Virus record (IMG/VR): IMGVR_UViG_2869455143_000004
Span: 1-64,000 of that record
Direction: 5' to 3' (one strand)
Source: a virus
Lineage: Duplodnaviria > Caudoviricetes
Length of the DNA: 64,000 bases
A program made the translations under genes and the position numbers. The notes under the pieces were generated by a model. It made no database searches. It was not told where the DNA came from and saw nothing but the letters and a program-made list of their open reading frames with translations. Below are positions 19,103 through 28,431 of the stretch, piece by piece. Every line of letters starts with the position of its first letter. The first letter of the stretch is position 1.

Positions 19103-19561
19103 ATGTCAGATAGCATCAATTTATCTTCGCCAGACGGCGGGAAGTACAAGGCAAAACTGCTTGATTATTACTACACCCGTCGTGCGGAATCAGCGATCGG
19201 GATAGGTAGCCGCTTTAAGCTAACGAAAGCTTACTGGGGTCGCTCTGATCTGGTAACAAAAAATCCTGACAGTGGATGGGACATTGCCGAAATTCCAGCT
19301 GATTTCACCAACGAGCAGCTAATCGGAAAATTTGCTGAGAGCGAACTGATTTGCACTTTGCAGGGCACTACCATAACGGTAAGTATTGTCCTGCCTGAAG
19401 CGGCTCTGCCGGAAAATGATGTATTCGATTTTAATACTCTTGCGCTAATCGACGATCAGGGCAATACCTTTGCTGTGCTTTGCGCCCAGCAGGACAGTTT
19501 GTATAAGGGGAAAAGATACAACATCTTGCTAACGATTGAGCAGAAAGGAAACTCAAGATGA
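19103..19561 (+). CDS. R: Tail fibre R protein
   Basis: 152 aa directly ahead of S. Confidence 0.75.
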   Translation: MSDSINLSSPDGGKYKAKLLDYYYTRRAESAIGIGSRFKLTKAYWGRSDLVTKNPDSGWDIAEIPADFTNEQLIGKFAESELICTLQGTTITVSIVLPEAALPENDVFDFNTLALIDDQGNTFAVLCAQQDSLYKGKRYNILLTIEQKGNSR

Positions 19562-21918
19562 GCGAGACTGTTAACAAGATTGCCATCCTGAGTTCTGCAG
19601 TTAAGCATGCTCTTCTGGCAGATGTTCAATACTATGATTTCCACGCTTCCTCTGCATTTAACCGCAAGATGAAGGGGATCATTACTCCTGGTATTTATGG
19701 CGGATTTAAACCTGCTCTTGCTGGTGGTCTGAACCTTAAAATTACATCACTTCAGGGACCTGGCGGTCATGGTGTGGCCTCGGTTGATGTAAATAATCAT
19801 CAGATAACCGTTCAACAAATTGAAGATGTGACGCTGGCGATCCCAGCGAATGGTGTTACACGCGTAATGCTGGAAGCTAATTACCAGTACGGTATCAAAA
19901 CCAGTCAGGTTGACGATAGTTCAGATATCCATGCAGCGCGGATTTTTACTGCAAATATTAGTGTGCCGTTGGCAGATAATCATCTGGAGATATGCCGTGT
20001 AACGGTACCTGCTGATGCGACAGAATTAACGCTGGATATGATCGATTCTTCACACCGGCAAAACAAGGCTCTTGGCATTACGTTAAGCAGCGAGATAGAC
20101 AGCGATGCCGATCATATTGGCGCATCATCTCACGCGGTAAAAAAAGCAGTAAAAGCAGCTCGTGACGAAACAGAAAAACAGATTGAAGAACTGGTAGATA
20201 ATGCGCCAGCGAGTCTGGATACGTTGAAGAAAATTGCGGATGCCATTAACAATGATCCTGATTTCTTCAACACACTTAATGCTGTCTTGGCGCTGAAGGC
20301 TCCGCTTCATGATCCAGCCCTGACTGGGATTGCAACCGTACCAACTCCGCCATTAAGTGTCAGCAACAAACAGATTGCGAATACTGAGTTCGTTCAGGCT
20401 GCGGTCGCTGCATTAGTTGGCTCATCTCCTGAAGCTCTGGATACACTGGCTGAGTTGGCTGATGCATTAGGCAATGATCCCAACTTTGCAACGACGATGC
20501 TCAATAAGCTGGCAGGGAAACAGCCTTTACATGAGGTATTAACATCTCTTTCAGGACTCAATTCTGCAGCTAATAAACTGGCATTCTTTAACGGCCCCAA
20601 TAGCATGGCGCTGGCAAATTTAACTGCCGTTGGTCGTGTCTTGATTGGTCAGGAGTCTGTAGCGAAGGTTCTCGAATACCTTGGTTTAGTAGAAACGATA
20701 AATAAAGCTGCCGGTTCGCTGCAAAAAGACCAGAATCTTAGTGATATACCGGATAAGGCACAGGCTCGTAACGCCCTTCAACTCGGCACAGCAGCAACAG
20801 CGACACTAACAACGTCAACAACTGACGATGCTACCGGGCGCGTTCTTAAAGTCGGGGATCGTGGGCTGGGTAAAGTGACGATTCCCGCACTTCGCGGATT
20901 TGATTTTTATCAGTATTGGTTTGCTGCCGGTGAAACGCTGTTTATTGAAACAAATTCAGCGATTAATTTCCCGCCAGGAATGCCTGAGTTTGCAAATACG
21001 TATGTTTATGTGAATGTTGTCGGCATCCGTGATTCGGGTAATGATTGTGCACTTTTGCTTTCGAGATACGATACAAATATTAGTTATCTGGCGTGGAGAA
21101 TACACGAGGCAAATACTTCGATAAATTGGCGGGTACTAAAAATCCCGACAGCCGCCGCTGATATTCGTGCCATTCCTAAAGACCCCATTGGGACAATTGG
21201 AAATAATGGCAGGATGGCGTCTGCCGACACGCCGGGATGGTGGTTAGTGAGCGTTGCAGATGCTGGCACGGTGGCTGATTTTCCCCAATACCCAAATGGT
21301 AACAGGCTGTATAGCTATGGTTTTATGTTCGTTGCGCGTTCAGGGAATGTATGGCTGCAGCAATATTTCAGTCATACCGGGGCGAGCGCCAGTCGCCAGA
21401 CGTGGAATGGAGACATGTCCGAACGTACGCCATGGGTTATCGACTACAGCACAGCAAATAAGCCAACAGCCACTGATGTAGGCGCATTGCCTATTACTGG
21501 TGGCGGGTTGAATGGCAATTTGGGTATCGGAACAACTAACGCTCTCGGCGGTAACTCAATTGTTTTGGGCGACAACGACACTGGTTTTAAACAGAACGGT
21601 GACGGCATTCTGGATGTTTATGCCAACAGCGCCCATGTTTTCCGTTTTCTCCCCGGCTCCGTTGAAAGCGCGGTGCCGTTAAAAGTTAGTGGAGTTGAAG
21701 TTGCAACACAGGCATGGGTGCTACAGAACTTTGTCCAGAATATCGACCTGACGGCACCTGCTGAAGTTGGATTCTGGGATGGGCGGGGCTATCCGCGAGG
21801 AACAGATGGGGCAGCCATGTACAATTTTAAAATGGTTGGTGGGAGCAGTAACGTTGGTAACTATATCATTCGTTATACGCGAAAACAGGTTAATAACACC
21901 TGGTATGTAATTAACTAA
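19558..21918 (+). CDS. S: Tail fibre S (constant Sc plus expressed variable cassette Sv1)
   Basis: AP..LDTL.ELA.ALGNDPNFATT repeats; GDNDTGFKQNGDG motif; crossover site at 20669. Confidence 0.92.
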   Translation: MSETVNKIAILSSAVKHALLADVQYYDFHASSAFNRKMKGIITPGIYGGFKPALAGGLNLKITSLQGPGGHGVASVDVNNHQITVQQIEDVTLAIPANGVTRVMLEANYQYGIKTSQVDDSSDIHAARIFTANISVPLADNHLEICRVTVPADATELTLDMIDSSHRQNKALGITLSSEIDSDADHIGASSHAVKKAVKAARDETEKQIEELVDNAPASLDTLKKIADAINNDPDFFNTLNAVLALKAPLHDPALTGIATVPTPPLSVSNKQIANTEFVQAAVAALVGSSPEALDTLAELADALGNDPNFATTMLNKLAGKQPLHEVLTSLSGLNSAANKLAFFNGPNSMALANLTAVGRVLIGQESVAKVLEYLGLVETINKAAGSLQKDQNLSDIPDKAQARNALQLGTAATATLTTSTTDDATGRVLKVGDRGLGKVTIPALRGFDFYQYWFAAGETLFIETNSAINFPPGMPEFANTYVYVNVVGIRDSGNDCALLLSRYDTNISYLAWRIHEANTSINWRVLKIPTAAADIRAIPKDPIGTIGNNGRMASADTPGWWLVSVADAGTVADFPQYPNGNRLYSYGFMFVARSGNVWLQQYFSHTGASASRQTWNGDMSERTPWVIDYSTANKPTATDVGALPITGGGLNGNLGIGTTNALGGNSIVLGDNDTGFKQNGDGILDVYANSAHVFRFLPGSVESAVPLKVSGVEVATQAWVLQNFVQNIDLTAPAEVGFWDGRGYPRGTDGAAMYNFKMVGGSSNVGNYIIRYTRKQVNNTWYVIN
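20669..20694 (-). other. cix/hix-type crossover site 1
   Basis: TTCTACT-AAACC-AA-GGTAT-TCGAGAA matches the Din consensus. Confidence 0.9.
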
Positions 21919-21930
21919 AGGTAAATAAAA

Positions 21931-22461
21931 ATGCAACGTTTCGGTAGATTCACCCCCTATACACCTGATACCACTGACAGACCAAAAATTATCGATGGTC
22001 AGAATGTTCTATTTTTGCAGGATGATAAAGGTAATGACTGGTATGACGTTATTAAATTATTTAATGAATCTGAAACACTGAAAATTGGCTATGACGATGA
22101 TGGTCGTGTCAGAACGTTCACGACAAATATTCATGCCTTTTTTCCGGTCAATATGAGTGTTGTAGAGCTTCCGGCTACAAAAGCTAATTTGCGCGTCACG
22201 CTGGGGGATGACTGGTTTTATAAAGACGACAAATTGCAGCAAATCCGCAATTACCTGGCTGACGCAGAAGCGGAACGCGACCGCCGCATGGCTAAAGCTA
22301 CAGCGCGTATTGACTGGCTTGAAGCTGCGCAAAAAGATGGTGATATATCAGCCGACGAAGAAATGGAACTGGCGGCGTTACGGGCTTATCGTACCGCGCT
22401 ACGCCGCCTTGACTTAACTACAGCACCAGATGTTAAGTGGCCTGAATATTCGGTGGCGTAG
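21931..22461 (+). CDS. U: Tail fibre assembly chaperone U1
   Basis: FLQD..G.DWY...W...L..LD...P...WP motif. Confidence 0.88.
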   Translation: MQRFGRFTPYTPDTTDRPKIIDGQNVLFLQDDKGNDWYDVIKLFNESETLKIGYDDDGRVRTFTTNIHAFFPVNMSVVELPATKANLRVTLGDDWFYKDDKLQQIRNYLADAEAERDRRMAKATARIDWLEAAQKDGDISADEEMELAALRAYRTALRRLDLTTAPDVKWPEYSVA

Positions 22462-22972
22462 GCCATTCAGGTTTTGTTGTATCAACACGCATAACTCTCA
22501 CCCTATATTTTTTCCATTCTGACAATGCGGCGGTTTCTTCTGCCGTCGCCATTCCTTCATCGACAGCATCTTGTAGAGGTGCAATAGAGGCAGCTGCGGC
22601 AGATAATAGCTCCGTTTTCTTCGCTTCAGCCTGCGCGTACAATTCCTTTTGTGAATATTGGCGTGGTTTAATTTCACCGTTGTCAAAAACCCAACCACCT
22701 GATATATCCACATTTTTATTTTCAGTGCCGATTTCAACTTCAACAACACTTAAGTTTCGCGGGTAAATGTTTGAAACGTCTCGGCTAATGCTGCGAATAA
22801 TACCGGCTTCATCGTAAGCAATTTTCAATGTATCTGGTGAGAAATTTGTCTGTGATTGATACCAATCTTGTCCATCCTCAGAAACATAAAATTCAACATT
22901 ATGTTCTTTGATAAGCAACAGGCTATTTTCATCGTTTGGTGTGTATTTTTTTAGATTTTTAAGGTGCTGCAT
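22433..22972 (-). CDS. Tail fibre assembly chaperone U2
   Basis: Same Tfa-family motifs; convergent with U1. Confidence 0.88.
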   Translation of the reverse strand: MQHLKNLKKYTPNDENSLLLIKEHNVEFYVSEDGQDWYQSQTNFSPDTLKIAYDEAGIIRSISRDVSNIYPRNLSVVEVEIGTENKNVDISGGWVFDNGEIKPRQYSQKELYAQAEAKKTELLSAAAASIAPLQDAVDEGMATAEETAALSEWKKYRVRVMRVDTTKPEWPTPPNIQAT

Positions 22973-22987
22973 TTTATCCTTTACCTC

Positions 22988-24334
22988 TTATTCGATGACA
23001 TTATACCAGGTGCCGTTAATCAGTTTTTGAATATAACGGACAAGTAGACCACCAACGTTCGAGCTACCACCGACCATCCATATTGCTGTCGCAAATGCGC
23101 TGTCATTGCTGGACCAGCTAGCACCATCCCAAAACTTACGCTCCTGCGGCGCACTGACGCGAATATTCTGGACAAAGTTCTGTAATACCCATTCCTGCGT
23201 TGCGTAATTACCTCTCGGCTGATATCGACCATCAAAATTTTCGTAGTTTCCCGGAAGAATCCGACCACCGCTTACCCAGTCCCCATCACTGTTCATGAAG
23301 GCTTGCCCATCTGTACCATTTACAGAACGGGACTTATTAATCATGTAAATGCCAAACTGATGATTACCCAGCCCACCAAGGATAAAATGTCTGTCCGGGT
23401 GTTCCTGCCTGACAATTGCTGATGCGCCGTCTTTGTCCACAGGTGCAACGCTGGAAAAACAAGTCTGCTCGCGCATGTAAATCCAGCTCCCCGTTGAGCC
23501 AAATACCTGCACACCACCGGGAACAATCCTCATCACCTGACGACTATTGGAATAAGCATCAAGAACGCCGTCACCGTTCTGTTTAAATCCGGTATCACCG
23601 TCGCCCAAAGCAATTGAGTTACCACCGAGGGCGCTCTCAATCCCAATACCCAACGCACCGTTAATCTGAGCACCACCGCTGGCGAGTAATTTGTGAGACA
23701 TCGAAATCTCACCCGTTCGGAGGTTAATGCTGATTGGTCGCAGTGGGCCGATATCGCCATTCTCCCCCTGATTTTCCAGCGTGGGGATAAGATGCAGGCT
23801 CTCTTCCGAACGCCGGAAAATCAGGCCAAACTGTGCATTAAATATCCTCAGCGCATTGGCTCCTGGAATTTTCAACTCACCACTCATGGTGTCACCGGAA
23901 CGCTTCAAATCCCTGCGCCATCCGGGTAAATATCCATCACCATGATTGATATAGGTAAACTGAGCGCTGAGTGCACCTTCACCTGTCGTGGCTGTAGTGA
24001 CACGAATAGTCATCGCGCCACGGTCGCCCATTACCTCGACCACAGCCCCAGCCAACTGGATATTTCCACATCCCGTATCGGTGATAGTTCGGTTATCACC
24101 GTAAGACCATGAACCCTTGCACATCCAGTACGGATGATTAAATGCCCCCTGCGATTCGAGCCAGACGATAAACTCCGCAGTTGTCCAGTTGCCGCCTCCA
24201 CCAATGCTAATACCGCCTCTGAAAGCTCTCGCAGCACCGACATTACGCACGAATAAATCTTTGTCGGGAACATCCGCGCCGTTCTGGTCTTTTTGCAACG
24301 CCCCGGCAGCGCGATTTATCGTTTCTACTAAACC
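22988..24334 (-). CDS. Silent variable tail-fibre cassette Sv2 (no start codon of its own)
   Basis: Begins GLVETINRAAG at crossover site 2, in register with the Sc junction. Confidence 0.88.
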   Translation of the reverse strand, partial: GLVETINRAAGALQKDQNGADVPDKDLFVRNVGAARAFRGGISIGGGGNWTTAEFIVWLESQGAFNHPYWMCKGSWSYGDNRTITDTGCGNIQLAGAVVEVMGDRGAMTIRVTTATTGEGALSAQFTYINHGDGYLPGWRRDLKRSGDTMSGELKIPGANALRIFNAQFGLIFRRSEESLHLIPTLENQGENGDIGPLRPISINLRTGEISMSHKLLASGGAQINGALGIGIESALGGNSIALGDGDTGFKQNGDGVLDAYSNSRQVMRIVPGGVQVFGSTGSWIYMREQTCFSSVAPVDKDGASAIVRQEHPDRHFILGGLGNHQFGIYMINKSRSVNGTDGQAFMNSDGDWVSGGRILPGNYENFDGRYQPRGNYATQEWVLQNFVQNIRVSAPQERKFWDGASWSSNDSAFATAIWMVGGSSNVGGLLVRYIQKLINGTWYNVIE

Positions 24335-24348
24335 AACGTTTTAGCTCC
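24323..24348 (+). other. Crossover site 2
   Basis: TTCTACT-AAACC-AA-CGTTT-TAGCTCC; inverted relative to site 1. Confidence 0.85.
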
Positions 24349-24871
24349 CAGGAGCCGTAGGCCATTCTGGTTTTGACGTATCTACCCGATTCACCATGAC
24401 GCTGTAGCGTTCCCAGATTTCAAGCAAGCCGGTTTCTTCACTGGTAGCAATGCCCAGTTTTACCGCCCGTTCAAGGGGAGCAATTGCCGCCATAGCCTCT
24501 GCCAGCAGGCTGGATTTTTTTCTTTCGGCCTGCTCTACTAACTCTGCCTGCGTATAAACACGAGGAGATACTTTCCCGTCCCGATACTGCCAGCCGCCAT
24601 CGATCCAAACGTCATCGAATGACGTGGTGTACTCCACCTCTGCAACACTTTTGTCGACTGGCCAAAGCGTCGTTATATCACGGGAAAAAGAGCGTATAAT
24701 TCCCTCGTCATCAATGACAAGTTTCATTGTATCTGCGGAAAATTTCTTCTGTGCTTCATACCAGTCCGTTCCATCTTCTGCCCGCAAAAACATTACGTTG
24801 TGCTTTTCTGCTAATTCAGCCTGTTCACCTTCCACAGGATGATATCGAGTAAATCTTTTAAAAAACTGCAT
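24341..24871 (-). CDS. Tail fibre assembly chaperone U3
   Basis: Tfa motifs; follows Sv3. Confidence 0.88.
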   Translation of the reverse strand: MQFFKRFTRYHPVEGEQAELAEKHNVMFLRAEDGTDWYEAQKKFSADTMKLVIDDEGIIRSFSRDITTLWPVDKSVAEVEYTTSFDDVWIDGGWQYRDGKVSPRVYTQAELVEQAERKKSSLLAEAMAAIAPLERAVKLGIATSEETGLLEIWERYSVMVNRVDTSKPEWPTAPGS

Positions 24872-24874
24872 TCT

Positions 24875-26230
24875 TTATACCCGTCCAATTGTGAGCCAGT
24901 TACCGTTGATATTCTGCTGAATCCAGGTGTAATAAAACCCTTCGTTGTTGTCCCATTCCCCATTAACCTGAGAGCCAATTAGCACACCTCCGGCTGGCAC
25001 CAGGCGCTGACCTGAATTTTTTTCTGCGTCAATATAAGCCACACCTGATTGTCGGATATTCTGAACAAAGTTTTGCAATACCCACGCTTGAGTTGCGTAA
25101 TTATCTTTTGGCTGATAACGAGCATCAAAGTTTGCGTAGCTGCCTGGAAGAATCTGACCGCCACATACCCAGTCTCCGTTTTCATCCAGATAAGCATGCC
25201 CATCAGTTCCATTTTCTGAACGGGATTTATTTATCATGTAAATGCCGAACTGATGATTACCCAGCCCGCCAAGTATAAAGTGTCTGTCCTGATGTTCCTG
25301 CCTGACAATTGCTGATGCGCCGTCATTATTCACAGGTGTAACGTTGGAAAAACAAATCTGCTCGCGCAGGTGAATCCACATCCCCGTTGAGCCAAATACC
25401 TGCACAGCACCGGGTGCAATTCTCATCACCTGACGACTATTGGAATAAGCATCAAGAACACCGTCACCGTTCTGTTTAAAGCCAGTGTCGCTATCGCCCA
25501 AAACAATTGAATTCTCGCCCAGGGCATTATCAACCCCAATACCCAGTGAGCTGCTAATCTGAGCACCACCGCTGGCGAGTAATTTATGTTGAATCATAAC
25601 CTCACCCGTTCTCAGATTAATACTGAGTGGGCGCAGTGGGCCGATATCGCCATTCTCCCCCTGATTTTCCAACGTGGGGATAAGATGCAGGCTCTCTTCC
25701 GAACGCCGGAAAATCAGGCCTCGTTGTTCATCAAATATCCTCAGGGCATTAGCCCCATGGATTTTCAGTTCACCGAGCATTGTGTCGCCTGAGCGTTTCA
25801 AATCTCTGCGCCAACCCGGTGAATACCCATCACCATGGCTGACGTAAGTGAACTGCGCATTTACAACACCACCCGTTGAAGTAGTTGCTGTTGTGACACG
25901 AATGGTCATCGCACCACGTTCGCCCATAACCTCAACAACTGCGCCGGATAACTGGATATTTCCACACCCTGTATCAGTGATAGTTCGGTTATCACCGTAA
26001 GACCACGAACCTCTACACATCCAGTACGGATGATTAAATGCCCCTTGATTTTCAAGCCAGACAATAAATTCCGGTGTCGTCCAGTTTCCGCCTCCACCAA
26101 TGCTTACAAAACTGCTAAATGCTCGTGCCGCACCGATATTACGCACGAACCAATCAGGTTGTGGAACATCCGCGCCGTTCTGGTCTTTTTGCAGTGATCC
26201 AGCTGCGCGATTTATGGTTTCCACTAAACC
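24875..26230 (-). CDS. Silent variable tail-fibre cassette Sv3
   Basis: Begins GLVETINRAAG at crossover site 3. Confidence 0.88.
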   Translation of the reverse strand, partial: GLVETINRAAGSLQKDQNGADVPQPDWFVRNIGAARAFSSFVSIGGGGNWTTPEFIVWLENQGAFNHPYWMCRGSWSYGDNRTITDTGCGNIQLSGAVVEVMGERGAMTIRVTTATTSTGGVVNAQFTYVSHGDGYSPGWRRDLKRSGDTMLGELKIHGANALRIFDEQRGLIFRRSEESLHLIPTLENQGENGDIGPLRPLSINLRTGEVMIQHKLLASGGAQISSSLGIGVDNALGENSIVLGDSDTGFKQNGDGVLDAYSNSRQVMRIAPGAVQVFGSTGMWIHLREQICFSNVTPVNNDGASAIVRQEHQDRHFILGGLGNHQFGIYMINKSRSENGTDGHAYLDENGDWVCGGQILPGSYANFDARYQPKDNYATQAWVLQNFVQNIRQSGVAYIDAEKNSGQRLVPAGGVLIGSQVNGEWDNNEGFYYTWIQQNINGNWLTIGRV

Positions 26231-26244
26231 AACATTTCTGATAT
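26219..26244 (+). other. Crossover site 3
   Basis: TTCCACT-AAACC-AA-CATTT-CTGATAT; adjacent to the invertase gene. Confidence 0.85.
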
Positions 26245-26306
26245 CCCCCTCATAAGTATCGGATACAATTCGCCGTTTTTTTCTCACAGAAAATAGGTTA
26301 AAAAAT

Positions 26307-26948
26307 ATGCGAATTGGTTATGTTCGAGTGTCAACAATTGACCAAAACCCTGAACTTCAGCGCGAAGCTATTGAACGTGCAAATTGTGAGCTAATTTTCG
26401 AAGACAAAATGACCGGCACGAAAGCTAAAAGACCAGGGTTAAACCGCTTACTCAAAAAATTAAAACCTGGCGATACGGTTGTTGTATGGAAGCTGGACCG
26501 GTTGGGGCGTTCACTCATAAACCTGGCGGATCTGCTACAAACATTTAAACAGAAAAATATCAAGTTTCTGTCTCTGACCGAAGGCATAAATACCGATACA
26601 TCAATGGGGCGTTTCACATTCCATATTATGTCGGCGCTGGCGGAAATGGAGCGTGAAATCATCATTGAGCGAACGCGCGCGGGCTTGGCTGTTGCACGTA
26701 AAAAAGGCCGAATAGGTGGTCGCCCACCAAAATACTCACAGGAAGATTGGGCGCAGATGGGACGCCTGATTCTCGATGGCATGAGCCGTAATCAGGTAGC
26801 CATTATTTTCGATGTTGGTGTCTCGACGCTCTATAAAAAGTTTCCTGCATCACAGATGGAAAGCCTGGACGATGCGTATACGGATGCCTATGAACAAGCC
26901 GAGTTCAACAAGCGACCGATATGGGAGCAGGCTCTGGAGGAAGGCTAG
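26307..26948 (+). CDS. cin: Serine DNA invertase (Cin/Hin/Gin family)
   Basis: GYVRVST catalytic Ser, VWKLDRLGRS, GGRP and C-terminal HTH. Confidence 0.95.
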   Translation: MRIGYVRVSTIDQNPELQREAIERANCELIFEDKMTGTKAKRPGLNRLLKKLKPGDTVVVWKLDRLGRSLINLADLLQTFKQKNIKFLSLTEGINTDTSMGRFTFHIMSALAEMEREIIIERTRAGLAVARKKGRIGGRPPKYSQEDWAQMGRLILDGMSRNQVAIIFDVGVSTLYKKFPASQMESLDDAYTDAYEQAEFNKRPIWEQALEEG

Positions 26949-26992
26949 ATAGGTTCTAAGTTCAAACAGCCCCAGCCAACTCCTTTCATTTG

Positions 26993-27014
26993 CAATACAC
27001 ATACTCACTACTCT
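26993..27014 (+). promoter_or_regulatory. Degenerate late promoter for the lydA-dar operon
   Basis: CAATACACA-TACTCAC-TACTCT. Confidence 0.5.
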
Positions 27015-27048
27015 GCACCTTTCAAATCAGTAGTTTTACGGAGGGTTT

Positions 27049-27363
27049 GTGGCAGAAGTAGAAGCGAATCTCATACAGGCGCTTTTCCTGTCGCTACTCA
27101 GCGGCATTGGCGTTTTCCTGCATGGGGTGCGCGAGGAAAGGATAAAAGCGTCATCCCTTAACTTGCTCACCGAATTGGTGTTAGCGGTACTCGCAGGATT
27201 GACCGCTTATTACATCGCCAGACATAAGGCCTGGGACGATAGCTTGCTATATCTCGCCGTGCTCGTTGTTAGCAACAACGGTCGCGAGGTGTCTACAGCT
27301 CTCAAAAACCGACTTATCGACACAATCCAATATTTATTTGGGCCAAAAGGGGGCCGGGGCTAA
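27049..27363 (+). CDS. lydA: Holin LydA
   Basis: GIG.FL..VR..R...TE..AV.AG...SNNG.EV; transmembrane segments. Confidence 0.85.
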   Translation: MAEVEANLIQALFLSLLSGIGVFLHGVREERIKASSLNLLTELVLAVLAGLTAYYIARHKAWDDSLLYLAVLVVSNNGREVSTALKNRLIDTIQYLFGPKGGRG

Positions 27364-27812
27364 TGAACGATATTCAACAATATTTCCTTGTGGGAATGGC
27401 TGCGATAGCGGTGCTCGATCGCTTTTTGTGTAAAAGAAAGCAGGTCGTGTTGCTGGGGGCCGGTGAAGGCGTCGTTAAGGACAATGCGATAGCTTTCCCG
27501 GTTAAGTTTAAGGTCAATTGCGAGAAGCTAACCGGCGCGCATATCGAATATTGGTTGCGCGACTCCAGTAACCCCACTGCGGTAATTACGGGTAAGACCA
27601 GAACACTGGATTTAACGCCCAAAGGCTTAAACCAGGAGTATTTACTTATTGATACTCGCTATCTGGATACGGGGACCTGGGAACTAACGATCCGTGTAAC
27701 GCACGGCAATAGTCGAATGAATCCGCTGTATCGTATTTTCCCGCTTCAGGAATCAACTTCCCGTAATTACCTCATCACAAAGGAGAAAGGGGGATACAGT
27801 GTCATCAACTAA
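27363..27812 (+). CDS. lydB: Antiholin LydB
   Basis: VTHG.S..NPLYRIFP motif. Confidence 0.85.
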   Translation: MNDIQQYFLVGMAAIAVLDRFLCKRKQVVLLGAGEGVVKDNAIAFPVKFKVNCEKLTGAHIEYWLRDSSNPTAVITGKTRTLDLTPKGLNQEYLLIDTRYLDTGTWELTIRVTHGNSRMNPLYRIFPLQESTSRNYLITKEKGGYSVIN

Positions 27813-28431
27813 AGATAAGGGCTACATCACGCTTAACTTTGACGAGTTGAACGAGAAAGGCCTTGATAAGCTGAAGAAGGCTATCTCTAAATCAGGGTAT
27901 GAGGTTGTCAAAATCATACCTGCAGGCACAGCCCGTCGAAAAGATGGTATCCCGGTAAAAACTTTCGAGCTGAAAGGGATTGATGAACAGGCTATGGTTG
28001 TTCAGGTCAACAACACTGGCGATATCTCTGGCATTAAGCTGAACGGCAAGAACGCACCATACACCCCCGTAAAAACTATGGCTGAGCTGGGTAAATCATT
28101 AGCTGATTTATTCCGTAAAGGCTCCACCGCATTTCAGAAAGCGCTAGCCAGAAAACTCGCGCGGGCTGCGAAAAAAGATGAGGCTGGCAATAAACCAAAA
28201 ACTACCAAAGGCGTTAAATCCAGTGTGCAGATCCTCAGCGATGCGCGCGCACGTCGTGAGGAACTGAAGGGCGGTATTACCGCGACTCAAAAGAAAATTG
28301 AGTCCTTATCCTCTGATTCCGACATGACGCAAAAGTCGCGTGAAAACATCCAGGCCGAGCTAAATCTGGAGCTGGCAAAAACCAGTCAGTTAGAGAAAGA
28401 GATCGCACAACTGCAGAAGGGGGAAAAATGA
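27799..28431 (+). CDS. hdf: Hdf (DarA_N-like)
   Basis: FD..NEKGL...VQVN.TGDIS..KLNGK. Confidence 0.85.
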   Translation: MSSTKDKGYITLNFDELNEKGLDKLKKAISKSGYEVVKIIPAGTARRKDGIPVKTFELKGIDEQAMVVQVNNTGDISGIKLNGKNAPYTPVKTMAELGKSLADLFRKGSTAFQKALARKLARAAKKDEAGNKPKTTKGVKSSVQILSDARARREELKGGITATQKKIESLSSDSDMTQKSRENIQAELNLELAKTSQLEKEIAQLQKGEK

